A stretch of DNA of 39,186 bases. Origin: Clostridia bacterium. Its GTDB lineage: Bacteria > Bacillota > Clostridia > TANB77 > CAG-508. The notes below the pieces were generated by a model that saw only the letters and a list, made by a program, of their open reading frames with translations, was not told the origin of the DNA and ran no database searches. The first letter of the stretch is position 1. The number at the start of each line of letters is the position of its first letter. Shown one piece after another: positions 23,726 to 35,700 of this stretch. The stretch lies in NCBI GenBank assembly GCA_900752095.1, contig CAADUD010000150.1:1-39186 (forward strand). The letters run 5' to 3'. The position numbers were made by a program, and so were the translations under genes.

Positions 23726-24673
23726 ATGAATCAAATTCTTGCAATAGAAAACAAAAAGAAAGAAAAGAAACAAAAAAAGCAAAGAAACAGTGGACCTTTA
23801 GAAATAAAAGGAATTGTAAGATTTTTTGGAATTGTTATTATGATTTTTGGAATTGTTCTTGCAGGTCAAGGTTCTTATGCTATTTATAAAGATTTTGACG
23901 ATAGAAAACCTGCTAATATTCCTTATGTTAGTATTGGAAGAGTAAACGACGAGGCAATTCTTTATGTAGAACATAATGTAGAAATTGCTACTATTACTTA
24001 TTCTTGGAATAATGGAGAAAGCATGGTTATTCCAATAGGTGCTCTTACTGCTCAAGAAATGATTACACTTTTAAATGATAATAGTACACTAAATATTACT
24101 GTAGAAGATATTAATGGAAAACAAGTTTCTTATCAAAAGCAATTTTTGCTAGAAGGAGTAGATATTACCAAACCAGTGATTGATATACAAACAGCAGATG
24201 GTAATGATAAAATGACGATTACTGCTACAGATGAAACTGCAATTTTATACCTTTCTTACCAATGGGATGACCAAGAACCAGTTATTATTGATTATGAAAC
24301 AGAAGGACAAACAGAAATTAAGCAAGAAGTTTCTTTGACACCAGGTACTAGAACTATTACTATTAAAGCTGAAGATTTGAATGGAAATATTGAACAAATA
24401 GAAAAAGAAATTGTTACTTCTACCTCAAAACCAAAAATGACAATTACACAAAATAAAAATGAAATTATTGTTGGAGCAACAGATACAGATGGAGTAAAAG
24501 ATATTGTAATTAATTTAAATGGAAAAAGATATTCTGCAAGAGATATTAACTTAAAAGAAGTACAGGTAGGACCACTTACTTTGCAAGAGGGGAATAATAC
24601 AATTTCTATTGAAGTAACCAATGTTAGTGGTTATACAGAAACTGCAACAACGGAATTGCAATATACTCCATAG
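23726..24673 (+). CDS. Membrane-anchored protein with about three Ig-like (beta-sandwich) repeats
   Basis: 315 aa: Lys-rich N-terminus, one TM helix (FFGIVIMIFGIVLAG), then about 85-aa repeats of the type KP.I.I......I.ATD..G......N...Y........I.L..G.N.I...V.D..GN. Confidence 0.6.
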   Translation: MNQILAIENKKKEKKQKKQRNSGPLEIKGIVRFFGIVIMIFGIVLAGQGSYAIYKDFDDRKPANIPYVSIGRVNDEAILYVEHNVEIATITYSWNNGESMVIPIGALTAQEMITLLNDNSTLNITVEDINGKQVSYQKQFLLEGVDITKPVIDIQTADGNDKMTITATDETAILYLSYQWDDQEPVIIDYETEGQTEIKQEVSLTPGTRTITIKAEDLNGNIEQIEKEIVTSTSKPKMTITQNKNEIIVGATDTDGVKDIVINLNGKRYSARDINLKEVQVGPLTLQEGNNTISIEVTNVSGYTETATTELQYTP

Positions 24674-24774
24674 CATAAGGAAGAAGTTATAAAAATGATA
24701 GACAAATAATAAAAATTAGAAAGATACGATACTAACGATAGGAAATACTAGCAAATGAAAAAGGGAGAGAAAAA

Positions 24775-25758
24775 ATGGCACAAGAAATTTATTTAATCGA
24801 TAATGGAAATGAGCTAAAAAATAAACTTATTCAATTATTCGAAAAAGAAAGGGAATATAAATTTAAAAAAGCCAAAACAACTGAAATAGAAAGTGTTTTA
24901 AAAAATATTCCTGCCTTAATTATTATAAATGAAGATGGAATAGGAGAAGATATTATACATCTTTGTAATCATATTAGAGAAAATGAAGATAATAGTATTA
25001 CACCTATTATTGTTATATCTTCTAATAAAGAAAAAGAACATCGAATTAAAATTTTGCAAGCATGTGTAGAACACTATATTAAGGCACCAATTGATGAAGA
25101 ATACTTATACTATACTGTAAAAAATGTAATTCGTTTGCTTGATACAAACCGTAGAGTAAGTCCACTTACAGGTCTACCTGGAAATGTGCAAATACAAGCA
25201 GAAATGAAAAAAAGATTATTAAATAAAGAAGATTTTGCTATTTTATATATCGATTTAGATAATTTTAAAGCGTATAATGATGTTTATGGTTTTTTAAATG
25301 GAGATGAAATCATTAAATTTACTGCAAGATGTATGTTAAATCATTTGCACGATACTGATACGGTAGATAATTTTATTGGACATATTGGTGGAGATGATTT
25401 TGTAGCAATTACTTCTAATCTAGATTGTGAAGAAATTTGTCAGAATATTGTTTTAGAATTTGACCAGGGAAAATTAAAATATTTTAATCAAGAAGATATC
25501 GAAAAGGGATATTTAGAGGTTCCAAATCGTAAATGCATTATAGAACAATTCCCATTAACAACAATTTCAATTGGCGTAGTAATTGCTGATAAAGGAAGAT
25601 TTCATAATGTATTAGAAATAGGAGAAGTAGCAGCACAAGTAAAACATTTAGCAAAAGCAACACCAGGTAGTACCTATATTATAGATAGAAGAAAAAATGG
25701 TGAAACAATTCATTGCCCTTTACCACGTGAAAAAAAGGAAAAAATAAATAACAAATAA
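24775..25758 (+). CDS. Response-regulator-like receiver fused to a GGDEF-family domain with a GGDDF signature
   Basis: Receiver-like aa 1-120 retains the Ser and Lys positions (VISSN, YIKAP), but Asn52 sits at the usual phospho-Asp position. The GGDEF-type domain has PLTGLPGN...LYIDLDNFKAYND...HIGGDDFVAI (25387-25401). There is no RxxD I-site. Confidence 0.75.
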   Translation: MAQEIYLIDNGNELKNKLIQLFEKEREYKFKKAKTTEIESVLKNIPALIIINEDGIGEDIIHLCNHIRENEDNSITPIIVISSNKEKEHRIKILQACVEHYIKAPIDEEYLYYTVKNVIRLLDTNRRVSPLTGLPGNVQIQAEMKKRLLNKEDFAILYIDLDNFKAYNDVYGFLNGDEIIKFTARCMLNHLHDTDTVDNFIGHIGGDDFVAITSNLDCEEICQNIVLEFDQGKLKYFNQEDIEKGYLEVPNRKCIIEQFPLTTISIGVVIADKGRFHNVLEIGEVAAQVKHLAKATPGSTYIIDRRKNGETIHCPLPREKKEKINNK

Positions 25759-25801
25759 AGTATAAGGTAATAGAGAAAAATGGAAAAAATAGACAAGTTC
25801 G

Positions 25802-25835
25802 AATGGATAGTCAGTTTAATGATTATCCATTTTTT
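25802..25835 (+). terminator. Rho-independent terminator after the GGDEF gene
   Basis: AATGGATA (25802-25809) pairs with TATCCATT (25824-25831), followed by a T run. Confidence 0.6.
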
Positions 25836-25933
25836 CTATGGTACAATAAAAGAATAATAAAATTACTAGATAATGGTTTTATAGGTAAATCCAATTTAAA
25901 AACCTAAACATTATTATATAAGGAGAAATTTTA

Positions 25934-27730
25934 ATGAGAAAAGTCCAAAATCTCTATTTAGCCAATCAATATGATTGTGTAAAATCTTACATTTGGGAAG
26001 GTATTAGAAAATATGCTAATAATATAGCCTTTCGTATCAAACATAAAGAAAAAGATAAAGTAATATATGAAGACATTACTTATAAAATTTTTGGAGAACA
26101 AGTTAGAAAATTAGGCACAGGATTATTAAAATTAGGACTACAAGGAAAAAGAATAGCCATTATTGGTAAAAATTGTTATGAATGGGTTTTAAGCTATGTA
26201 AGTATTTTAGGTGGTGTAGGAGTGGTTGTACCTTTAGATAAAGGTCTACAAGAACCAGAAATAGAAAGCTGTATGGAAAGAAGTTATGCAGATGCTATTA
26301 TTTTTGAACAAGAATATATAGAACCAATGAAAGCAATTTGTAAAAGAAATCACTCTAACACAAAACTATTTATCTGCATGAATGAAATAAAGCAAAACTT
26401 AAAAGAAGAATTCGAAAAATTGCAAGCCCAATTCTTTAGCATGCAAGAAATCTTACAATTAGGAGAAAAAGAAATAGAACAAAATAATACTTCTTATGAC
26501 CATTTAGAAATAGAACCAAATGCATTAGCAAGCATTATTTTTACTTCTGGAACTACATCACTTTCAAAAGCAGTTATGTTATCAAATCGAAATATTGCTT
26601 CTAATTTATATGCCTTAAAATGTGTTGAAAAAATATATGACACAGATGTAAATTTAGCATTTTTGCCAATGCATCATACATTTGGCTCTACAGCACAACT
26701 TTTCTTTTTATCAGAAGGAGTTATGAATGTATTTTGTGATGGCTTAAGACATATACAATCTAATTTAAAAGAGTATAAAGTTTCCATTTTTGTTTGCGTT
26801 CCACTATTGTTAGAAGCTATGTATAAAAAAATTATGGCAGAAGTAGACAAACAGGGGAAGACGGCTTTAGTAAAAATTATGTTTCCTATTACTAGATTTC
26901 TAAGAAAATTTGGAATTGATATTCGTAGAAAAGTATTTAAACAAATTTTATATGGGCTAGGTGGAAATATTCGTTTTGTTATTAGTGGTGCATCTGCTAT
27001 TGATAAAAAAGTAGCAAAAGGCTTTGATAATTTAGGAATTTTAACAGTACAAGGATATGGCTTAACAGAAACAGCACCTGTATTAACTGCAGAAAATGAA
27101 AAATGCGTTAAATTTGGTTCTGTAGGAGTTCCATTAAACAATGTAGAAATTTCAATTGATGAACCGAACAAAAAAGGAATAGGAGAAATTATAGCCAGGG
27201 GACCTAATGTTATGTTAGGATATTATGAAAATGAAATAGCAACTAAAGAAGTAATAGAAGAAAAAAATGGAGAAAGATGGTTCCATACAGGAGATTTAGG
27301 ATATTTAGATAAAGACGGTTTTTTATTTATCACAGGTCGTAAGAAAAATGTAATTGTTTTAAAAAACGGAAAAAATATTTATCCAGAGGAACTAGAACTA
27401 TTAGTTAATAATTTAGCCTATGTTGCAGAAAGTATGATATTTGGTATGCCAAAAGCAGATGATTTAGTGTTATCTGTTAAAATTGTATATAATAAGGAAT
27501 ATATAAATGAAAAATTTCCTAGCCTTACACAAGAAGAATTAAGAGAAATGGTTTGGAAAGATATTAAACAAATGAATAAATCTTTGCCAACATACAAACA
27601 CATTAAAAATTTAATTTTAACAGAAGAGCCAATGATTAAAACTACTACTGCTAAAATTAAAAGATTTGAAGAAATTAAGAAAGAGATTGAAAAACAACAA
27701 CATTTAAAAGTAAAGACATCAGAAAACTAA
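25934..27730 (+). CDS. AMP-binding enzyme, long-chain fatty acid-CoA ligase-like
   Basis: AMP-binding signature IIFTSGTTSLSKAVMLSNRN, plus QGYGLTETAP and TGDLGYLDKDGFLFITGRKKNVI. SD AAGGAGA lies upstream. Confidence 0.8.
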   Translation: MRKVQNLYLANQYDCVKSYIWEGIRKYANNIAFRIKHKEKDKVIYEDITYKIFGEQVRKLGTGLLKLGLQGKRIAIIGKNCYEWVLSYVSILGGVGVVVPLDKGLQEPEIESCMERSYADAIIFEQEYIEPMKAICKRNHSNTKLFICMNEIKQNLKEEFEKLQAQFFSMQEILQLGEKEIEQNNTSYDHLEIEPNALASIIFTSGTTSLSKAVMLSNRNIASNLYALKCVEKIYDTDVNLAFLPMHHTFGSTAQLFFLSEGVMNVFCDGLRHIQSNLKEYKVSIFVCVPLLLEAMYKKIMAEVDKQGKTALVKIMFPITRFLRKFGIDIRRKVFKQILYGLGGNIRFVISGASAIDKKVAKGFDNLGILTVQGYGLTETAPVLTAENEKCVKFGSVGVPLNNVEISIDEPNKKGIGEIIARGPNVMLGYYENEIATKEVIEEKNGERWFHTGDLGYLDKDGFLFITGRKKNVIVLKNGKNIYPEELELLVNNLAYVAESMIFGMPKADDLVLSVKIVYNKEYINEKFPSLTQEELREMVWKDIKQMNKSLPTYKHIKNLILTEEPMIKTTTAKIKRFEEIKKEIEKQQHLKVKTSEN

Positions 27731-27850
27731 AAAGAAAAAATTGCAAATGTAAAATTAATCTAACCAAGTAAAAGAAGATTATAAAAGCATTATTACTTAG
27801 ATAAAATATAAATTATTAGAAATAAATAAAATATAGAATAAATAAAATAT

Positions 27851-27893
27851 TCCCACATATAAATAATATAAAGTTTATTGTGGGAGTTTTTTT
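27851..27893 (+). terminator. Hairpin plus T7 run after the acyl-CoA ligase gene; its right arm contains the cwlD SD
   Basis: TCCCACA (27851-27857) pairs with TGTGGGA (27879-27885), then G and T7, then ATG 27894. Confidence 0.55.
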
Positions 27894-28604
27894 ATGATCA
27901 TTTTAAGTAAAAAAAGAATAGGAACCATAACAGCTATTTTATTAGTAGCTTTATTTGCTTTTACATTTCAAACAGCAAAATTAAATAATACAGTACAAAC
28001 AGTAAGTTTGCCAGTATCTAATAAAGTAATTGTAGTAGATGCAGGACACGGAAAACCAGATGAAGGAGCACAAAGTTCCAATGGCACGACTGAAGCAGAA
28101 ACTAATTTAAGAATTGCACTTAAATTACAGACTTTATTAGAACAATCAGGGGCAACTGTTATTTTAACTAGAAGCGATGAAAATGCTATTTATGATTTAG
28201 ATAAAACTACTCTAAGGCAAAAGAAGATTTCAGATATCCATAATAGAGTAAAAATTGGAAATGAAAGTAGCGCAGATATTTTTGTATCTATTCATTTAAA
28301 TAAAATTCCGCAAAGCCAATATTATGGATGGCAATGTTTTTACAAACAAAATGATGAAAAAAGTACAAATTTAGCAAAAAGTATACAGGCAAATTTAAAT
28401 GATGCAATTCAAAAAGAAAATAAGAGAGTTGCTATGAAATTAGATTCAGTTTATATTATGAAACATGTAGAAATACCAATTTCTATTGTGGAATGTGGTT
28501 TTTTATCTAATCCAGAAGAAGAAGCTAAGCTATTAACAGATGAATACCAGGATAAATTAGCTTGGGGGATTTACAATGGAATTATGGATTATTTTTATGA
28601 ATGA
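27894..28604 (+). CDS. cwlD: Germination-specific N-acetylmuramoyl-L-alanine amidase CwlD
   Basis: Signal anchor, then VVDAGHGKPDEGA...ETNLRIALKLQTLLEQSGATVILTR...ADIFVSIHLN...VECGFLSNPEE...YQDKLAWGIYNGI. This is the Amidase_3 pattern at CwlD size (236 aa). Confidence 0.8.
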   Translation: MIILSKKRIGTITAILLVALFAFTFQTAKLNNTVQTVSLPVSNKVIVVDAGHGKPDEGAQSSNGTTEAETNLRIALKLQTLLEQSGATVILTRSDENAIYDLDKTTLRQKKISDIHNRVKIGNESSADIFVSIHLNKIPQSQYYGWQCFYKQNDEKSTNLAKSIQANLNDAIQKENKRVAMKLDSVYIMKHVEIPISIVECGFLSNPEEEAKLLTDEYQDKLAWGIYNGIMDYFYE

Positions 28605-28788
28605 TGAGGTTAATTTTATAAATTCACTTGTTATTTAGTTGAACTTATGATTATAATATTAATATAGAAAGTAAGAACAATTACAGATGTGGTTACTTAT
28701 TTCCTATAAATATTATACTTAATTATTAGATAAATGGTCTATAAAATTTTTTATTAACAGTTATAGAAAAGATAAAAGGAGAAAAAAG

Positions 28789-29643
28789 ATGAAACAAAAA
28801 ATGAACCAACAAAAAGTAAAAGAAAAAATGATGAAAAAACAACGAAAAGAAGAAAAGAAAAAGGCAAAAATAGCAAAAAAGGAGAACAAAGAAGAAAAGA
28901 AAATAAATCTAAATTATTGGGATAAAAAATGGTATAAGGCATTAGGAGACATCTTAATAGTGGTAAATCTAATGATTGCTGTTTTATCTTTATATATTGC
29001 CGTTTTAGTAAGACAAGACACAGAAGAATTAACTAAAATGGCAGATAAAGATCTCTATTATACCATTCGTTTATATCCAACAGAAAATACAAAAGAATAT
29101 AAGGAATATGAAAACTATATTCGCCTGCCATTACAATTAGTAGTAGATGATTTTAAAATTGAGAAGAAGGATTTTTTAAATGTAAATTACAATTCTACTT
29201 TTTCCCGTATTAAGTATTTTATGGTATATGATTATAATCAAAAAACAAAAGAATATCATTATTTTGTAACAGGAGCAGATGATAAAACACAAGCGCAAAT
29301 GAGATTAGAAGAACAATATGATATGTATGTAACAGAAATGAATTATTCTTTAACTCCTAACAAGCAATTTGCCTATGTTTTAATTTATACAGAATCAACA
29401 GAACGTCAAAATTTGGATTTAATCTTTTTTAGTTATAAAGATGCAGGAGATTCTTTTAATTTGGAAGTTGAAGAAAATGAAAATGGAGATATTGAAGTTG
29501 CTCACCATAGAATTGATAAAGATGCTTTTATTTGCAGAGAATATTTTACTAACTTATGGGGAGAAAATGAAATACAAAAAGAAGACATTGAATTTATGTT
29601 TGATGTTTATAAAGATTTAGGAGAAAAGATGAAACTAAATTAG
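28789..29643 (+). CDS. Hypothetical membrane protein with a Lys-rich N-terminus
   Basis: 284 aa: a K/E-rich stretch of 45 aa, one TM helix (ILIVVNLMIAVLSLYIAVLV), then an extracytoplasmic domain. SD AAAGGAGAA upstream. No family recognised. Confidence 0.55.
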   Translation: MKQKMNQQKVKEKMMKKQRKEEKKKAKIAKKENKEEKKINLNYWDKKWYKALGDILIVVNLMIAVLSLYIAVLVRQDTEELTKMADKDLYYTIRLYPTENTKEYKEYENYIRLPLQLVVDDFKIEKKDFLNVNYNSTFSRIKYFMVYDYNQKTKEYHYFVTGADDKTQAQMRLEEQYDMYVTEMNYSLTPNKQFAYVLIYTESTERQNLDLIFFSYKDAGDSFNLEVEENENGDIEVAHHRIDKDAFICREYFTNLWGENEIQKEDIEFMFDVYKDLGEKMKLN

Positions 29644-29718
29644 TAATATGCATAAAAATTTCACTTTTTGGTAAAAATATGTTTAAAGCAAATTAAAACA
29701 AGGAGTGAAATTGAAAAT

Positions 29719-32700
29719 ATGGAATATCGAACATTAAACGTAAAAGGTGCAATTTTAAGCCAAGGTGAATTAGAGAGATACTTAGAAATTATTGCTTCAG
29801 ACCATAACTTAAAACCAAACTCAAACAAAAATACGTACCCTATTCCAAGACTAAAAGAAAATTTTGAACTCATTACACAAGTATATGAATTATTAAATGA
29901 ACATATTAAACTAAAAATTCCTATTCATCCAGCAGGAGAATGGATATTAGATAATTATTATATTATTGAAGAAACGGTAAAAAATATTAGTAAAACACTA
30001 ACCTTAAAAAAATATACTAATTTTTTGGGAATGGCAAATGGACCATATGTGGGATTTGCCAGAGTTTTTGTGCTAGCACAAGAAATTGTAGCTTATACAG
30101 ATGGAAAGATCAATCAAAAGAATTTAGGGGCTTTGTTAAAGGCTTATCAAAAGAAGAAAACCATTAGCATGGAAGAAATTTGGAATATCAGTTTATTTAT
30201 GCAAATTGCTCTAATTGAAAATATTAGACAAATATGTGAAAAAATTTATTCTTCTCAAATGCAAAAATATAGAGTAGAAAATATAATAGAAAGATTAATA
30301 GAAAATAAACAAAAAGATGAATTACAGTTTAAACAATTAGGGGAATATAAGACTAAAATAAAAGGATTTGGAGAAGTAAAATATCCCTTTATTGAGTATT
30401 TATCCTACAGGTTGCGTAAATATGGAAAAAAATCTTATCCATTTCTAAACGTATTGGAAGAACAAGTAAATAAAATGGGATTGGAATTGCAAGATGTTAT
30501 TAAAAAAGAACATTTTGATATTGCAATCCGAAAAATTTCTATGGGAAATAGTATTTTAAGTATAAAAGCTTTAAATAGAATGAATATGATAGAAATTTTT
30601 GAAGAAATTAATGGAGTAGAAGATATTTTAAAACAAGATCCAGCAGAAGTTTACGACAAAATGGATTACAAAACAAAAATCGAATATAGAAATAAAATAA
30701 AAGAAATTTCTAAAAAAACCAAGATATCAGAAATTTATATTGCTAAAAAAGCTTTAGAATTAGCTCAAAATACAAAAAATATAGAAGAATCGTTCATAGA
30801 AATCAAGGGGACAGAAAATATAAGAAAAATAGAGAAAATAAAAGAAACAGAGCAAGAAATAAAACAAAAAGAAAAAATAGAAAGAAAAAAGAAGAATCAT
30901 ATTGGTTATTATATTTTATCAGATGGAAAAAAAGAATTACTAGAAATGTTAACTGAAAAAAAAGTAAAAATATTTTCTAATCATACAAAAGTAAAATTAT
31001 ATATTACCAACATTATTATTCTTACATTTCTTATTACAATAGCTATTAGTTTTGTATTTTATCAAAATACAAAACTTCTTTTGCCTACTATTCTGTTAGG
31101 AATTTTGTTGCTTTTTCCAATAGAAAATATGATAGTACAAGTAATTCAGACTATTTTGGGGAAAGTTGTAAAACCAAAATTAATTCCTAAAATGTATTTT
31201 GAAAAAGAAATTCCAAAAGAATATGCTACTTTTGTAGTAATACCTACTATTGTAAAAAGTGCTGACAAAGTAAAAGAAATGATGAAAAAATTGGAAGTAT
31301 ATTATCTAGCCAATAAAAGTGAAAATTTATACTTTGCGTTATTAGGAGATTGTAGTTCTGGAAAAAATAGAACAGAAAATTTTGATCAAGAAGTAATAGA
31401 TGCAGGATTAAAAATGGCTGAAGAATTAAATAGGAAATATGAAAATTCTGAATTCCCAAAATTTCATTTTTTATATAGAGCAAGAACGTGGAATGCAAAG
31501 GAAGAATGTTATTTAGGTTGGGAGCGAAAAAGAGGACTTTTAAATCAGTTTAATGAAATAATCTTAACTAATATGCAGGAAGAAACTCTAAATACAGAAT
31601 TTTCAAATAACAATATAGGACAAGAAGAAAAAAATACTAAAAAATTTATGATTCCCAAAGAATGGTTTCAAGTAAATACATTAGAAAATAAAAAGATTCC
31701 CTTTATTCGTTATATAATTACCTTAGATGCAGATACAGAACTTACCTTAAATTCTGGGCTAGAGCTAATTGGAGCTATGGCACATATTTTAAATAGACCA
31801 ATTCTAAATACAGATAAAAATTTGGTAATAGAAGGGCATGGAATGATACAACCTAGAATTGGAATTGATTTAGAAGCAAGTAATAGAAGTATTTTTACAA
31901 AAATTTATGCAGGTTCTGGTGGTACAGATGTTTATACCAATGCAATTTCTGATATTTATCAAGATAACTTTGAAGAAGGTATTTTTACAGGAAAAGGAAT
32001 TTATGACTTAGAAGCTTTTTCTACTATTATGAAAAAAGAAATTCCAGAAAATACAGTTCTTAGTCATGACCTATTAGAAGGAAATTATTTAAGATGTGGA
32101 TTAGCTTCAGACATTTGCTTAATGGATGGTTACCCTACCAATTACTTAAGTTTTAAAACAAGACTTCATAGGTGGATTAGAGGAGATTGGCAAATTATTC
32201 AATGGCTAGGAAAAAATAAAAAAAACAATCGAGGGCTTAAAGAGAAAAATCCGTTTACCTTATTAGATAAATATAAAATTGTAGATAATCTGATAAGAAG
32301 TCTGCAAGAACCAATTATATGCTTTGGACTATTATTACTTTTATTACTAAAAATTATCTATTCTATAACCATTTGGCCATTAGTTACTATTTTTATTATT
32401 TCTTGTATCATGCCTACAGTACTAGAAATCTTAAATAGAATTATTTTTAGAAAAGAAGAAGAAAAAACACAAAAAACATTTACCAAAACCATTTCTGGAA
32501 TAAAGGCCACTTTATTAAGAGGAATTTTTGCTATTAGTATTTTACCGGATAAAGCTTATATGTGTCTGAATGCAATAGTAAAAACAATTTATCGAATGGC
32601 AATTAGTAAAAAACATTTTTTGGAGTGGATGACAGCAGAAGAAGCGGAGAAATTGACTAAAAAAGACATTGGCTCTTATTATAAAAACATGATTTGGAAT

Positions 32701-35700
32701 GTAATAGCAGGTGTAATAGGATTTATAGCCTTATTTTTCTTGAAAAATAATCCATACACTATTTTTCTATTCATTTTATCTTCTTTGTGGATGATTGCTC
32801 CTGCTATAATGTGGTATATTAGTAAAGAAATTAGAATAGTAGATAAGCTACAGGAAGTATCAAAAGAAAATCAAGAATATCTTTTAGAAATAGGAAGAAA
32901 AACATGGCAATATTTTAAAGAAAATTGTAATCAAAAAAGTCACTATTTACCACCAGATAATTATCAAGCAGACCGTAATCCAAAAATTATGTTAAGAACT
33001 TCTCCAACCAATATTGGACTTGGCATGTTAGCTGTTATTTCTAGTTATGATTTAGGCTATGAAAATTTGCAAAATACGCTAAATTTACTAGAAAAAATGA
33101 TTCAAACCGTTCACGATTTGCCAAAATGGAATGGCCATTTATACAATTGGTATGATTTAACAACACTTAAGCCATTAATGCCAAGATATATTTCTACTGT
33201 AGATAGTGGAAATTTTATAGGTTATTTATATATTGTGAGACAATTTTTAAAAGAGCAAAATAGAGAAGACTTAATGATGGAAGTGGATTATTTTATTTCA
33301 CAAGCAGATTTTTCTAAATTATATGATACTAGTAGTAGATTGTTTTCTATTGGTTTTAACGTAGAAGAAAATAGTTTAACAGACTCTTATTATGATTTAT
33401 TAGCATCAGAAGCAAGGCAAACTAGTATAATAGCTATTGCAAAAAAAGATATCTCACCAAAACACTGGTATGCATTAAGTAGAACTCTTACAATTTTAAA
33501 TAAATATAAAGGTCTTGTTTCTTGGTCTGGAACTGCTTTTGAATATTTAATGCCCAATATTAATATTCCAAAATATCCAGGAAGCTTGCTCGAAGAATCT
33601 TGCCAGTTTATGATTATGAGCCAAAAAGAATATGCCAAAAAATTAAAAACTCCTTGGGGTATTTCTGAGTCCGCTTTTAATGTAAAAGATTTAAACAATA
33701 ATTATCAATATAAAGCATTTGGAATTCCATGGTTAGGTTTAAAGAGAGGACTAGCAGATGAAATTGTAATTTCCTCTTATGGAAGTATCCTAGCTCTTCC
33801 AGATATTCCAAATGAAGTAATTCGAAATTTAAAAATTTTAAAAAAGCAAGGAATGGAAGGAAAATATGGTTTTTATGAATCCATTGACTATACACCAACA
33901 AGGCTCGGTAAAAACCAAGAATATGCAGTTGTAAAAACGTATATGGCACATCATCAAGGATTAATTCTATTGTCCATTAATAATTTATTTCATCAAAATA
34001 TACTACAAAAAAGAATGATGCAAAACCCAGAATTAAAGGCAGTGGGAATTTTATTACAAGAAAGAATGCCAGAAAACATGATTATTACAAAAGAAGAGAA
34101 AGAAAAGGTAGAAAAAATAAAATATATTGATTATGAAGACTATATACAAAGAGAAATTACAAAAATGAATTCAAAATTGCCAACATTAAATGTAATTGCA
34201 AATGATGACTATACTATAGTAATGAATGAAAAAGGGCAAGGATATAGTAAGTATAAAAATAATATTATAAATCGTTATAAAAAAACAGATGAGATAGAAC
34301 AAGGAATTTTATTTTTCTTGAAAAATGTGAAAAATAAAAGAATTTGGACATCTGGTTCAATGAGCTATTTGTCGAAGCCTGACAAATATATTATGTATTT
34401 TTCACCAGATAAGAACACAATTGTAAGACAAGATGGAAATATAGAAACTATTACTACTATAGGAATTGCACCAAATGACCCAGTAGAATTAAGACAAATA
34501 GAAATAAAAAATGATGGATTAGAAGAAGAAACTTTAGAAATTACAACTTTCTTAGAGCCAGTTCTATCAAAAGAAGAACAAGATTATGCGCATAAAGCTT
34601 TTAATAATTTATTTTTAAGTTATGAATATTTAGAAGAAGAAAAATCTATTTTAGTAAAAAGAAGAAACAGAGCTAAAAGAGATACAGAATTATTTATGGC
34701 AATTCACCTTTATACAGAAAATCAAACGATTGGTGAACTAGAATATGAAATTGACAAAGAAAAATTTTTGGGTAGAAATAATTTATTGCTTCCAAAAGCA
34801 GTAGAAAATTCCATTCCTTTTACCAAACAAATTTTGCTTACAACAGATCCTGTAGTTGCTTTTAGAAGAACCATTCAAATAAAACCAAAAGAAAAAGTAA
34901 ATCTTACTCTTATTATTGCTATGGGAGAAGAAAAAGGAGACACGATAGAACGATTAAGGAAATATCAAAATGAGGAAACCATTAGAAGAAGTATACAACT
35001 TTCTAAGGCAAAAGTAGAAGCAGAAAATCGTTATTTAGGAATAAAAGGGACAGAAATCGAAACTTATCAAAAAATGCTTAGCTATTTACTACAATCCAAT
35101 CCTTTTAAGAAAATAGCATATCCTGTAATTCACGGAAATGCAATGCAAAGTAGTTTATGGCAATATGGAATTTCGGGAGATTTGCCAATTATTTTAGTAA
35201 AAACGATAGAAGAAACAGATAGTGAAGTTATTAACGAAGTATTAAAAGCCTATTCCTACTTTAGATTAAAAAATATTATGACAGATTTAATTATCATTAA
35301 TAAAGAAAAGCATAGCTATGAAAGTTTAAATAAAGAAAGTATCCAAAATGCTATTTTAAATCAAAACTTAGGATATTTACAAAATCAAAAAGGTGGAATT
35401 CATGTTTTAGAAGATTTAAGTAAAGAAGAAATAAAATTATTAGAATATAGAACAGATTTGAGCATAGATGCTCACTATGGAAGTTTAAAAAGAAATTTAA
35501 AAGATTTAGAAGAAGAATATTTAGAAAAAGTAGTAGATACACCAAAAGAAGAAATTCCTCAAACAATAGAAGAAAATACAGTAATTAGGGAAAATTTAAA
35601 TGCAGAAGAACTAAAATATTTTAATGAATATGGTGGATTTTCACAAGATGGAACAGAATACTATATTCGTGTAAATAAACAAGAAAAATTACCAACTGTT

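Noticed and set aside
17334-24673. A tRNA-Gly/tRNA-Cys-adjacent genomic island comprising the sigma, adhesin and Ig-like genes.
   Set aside because: There is no integrase or recombinase, and I could not find a repeated copy of either tRNA 3' end downstream. The island idea remains unproven.
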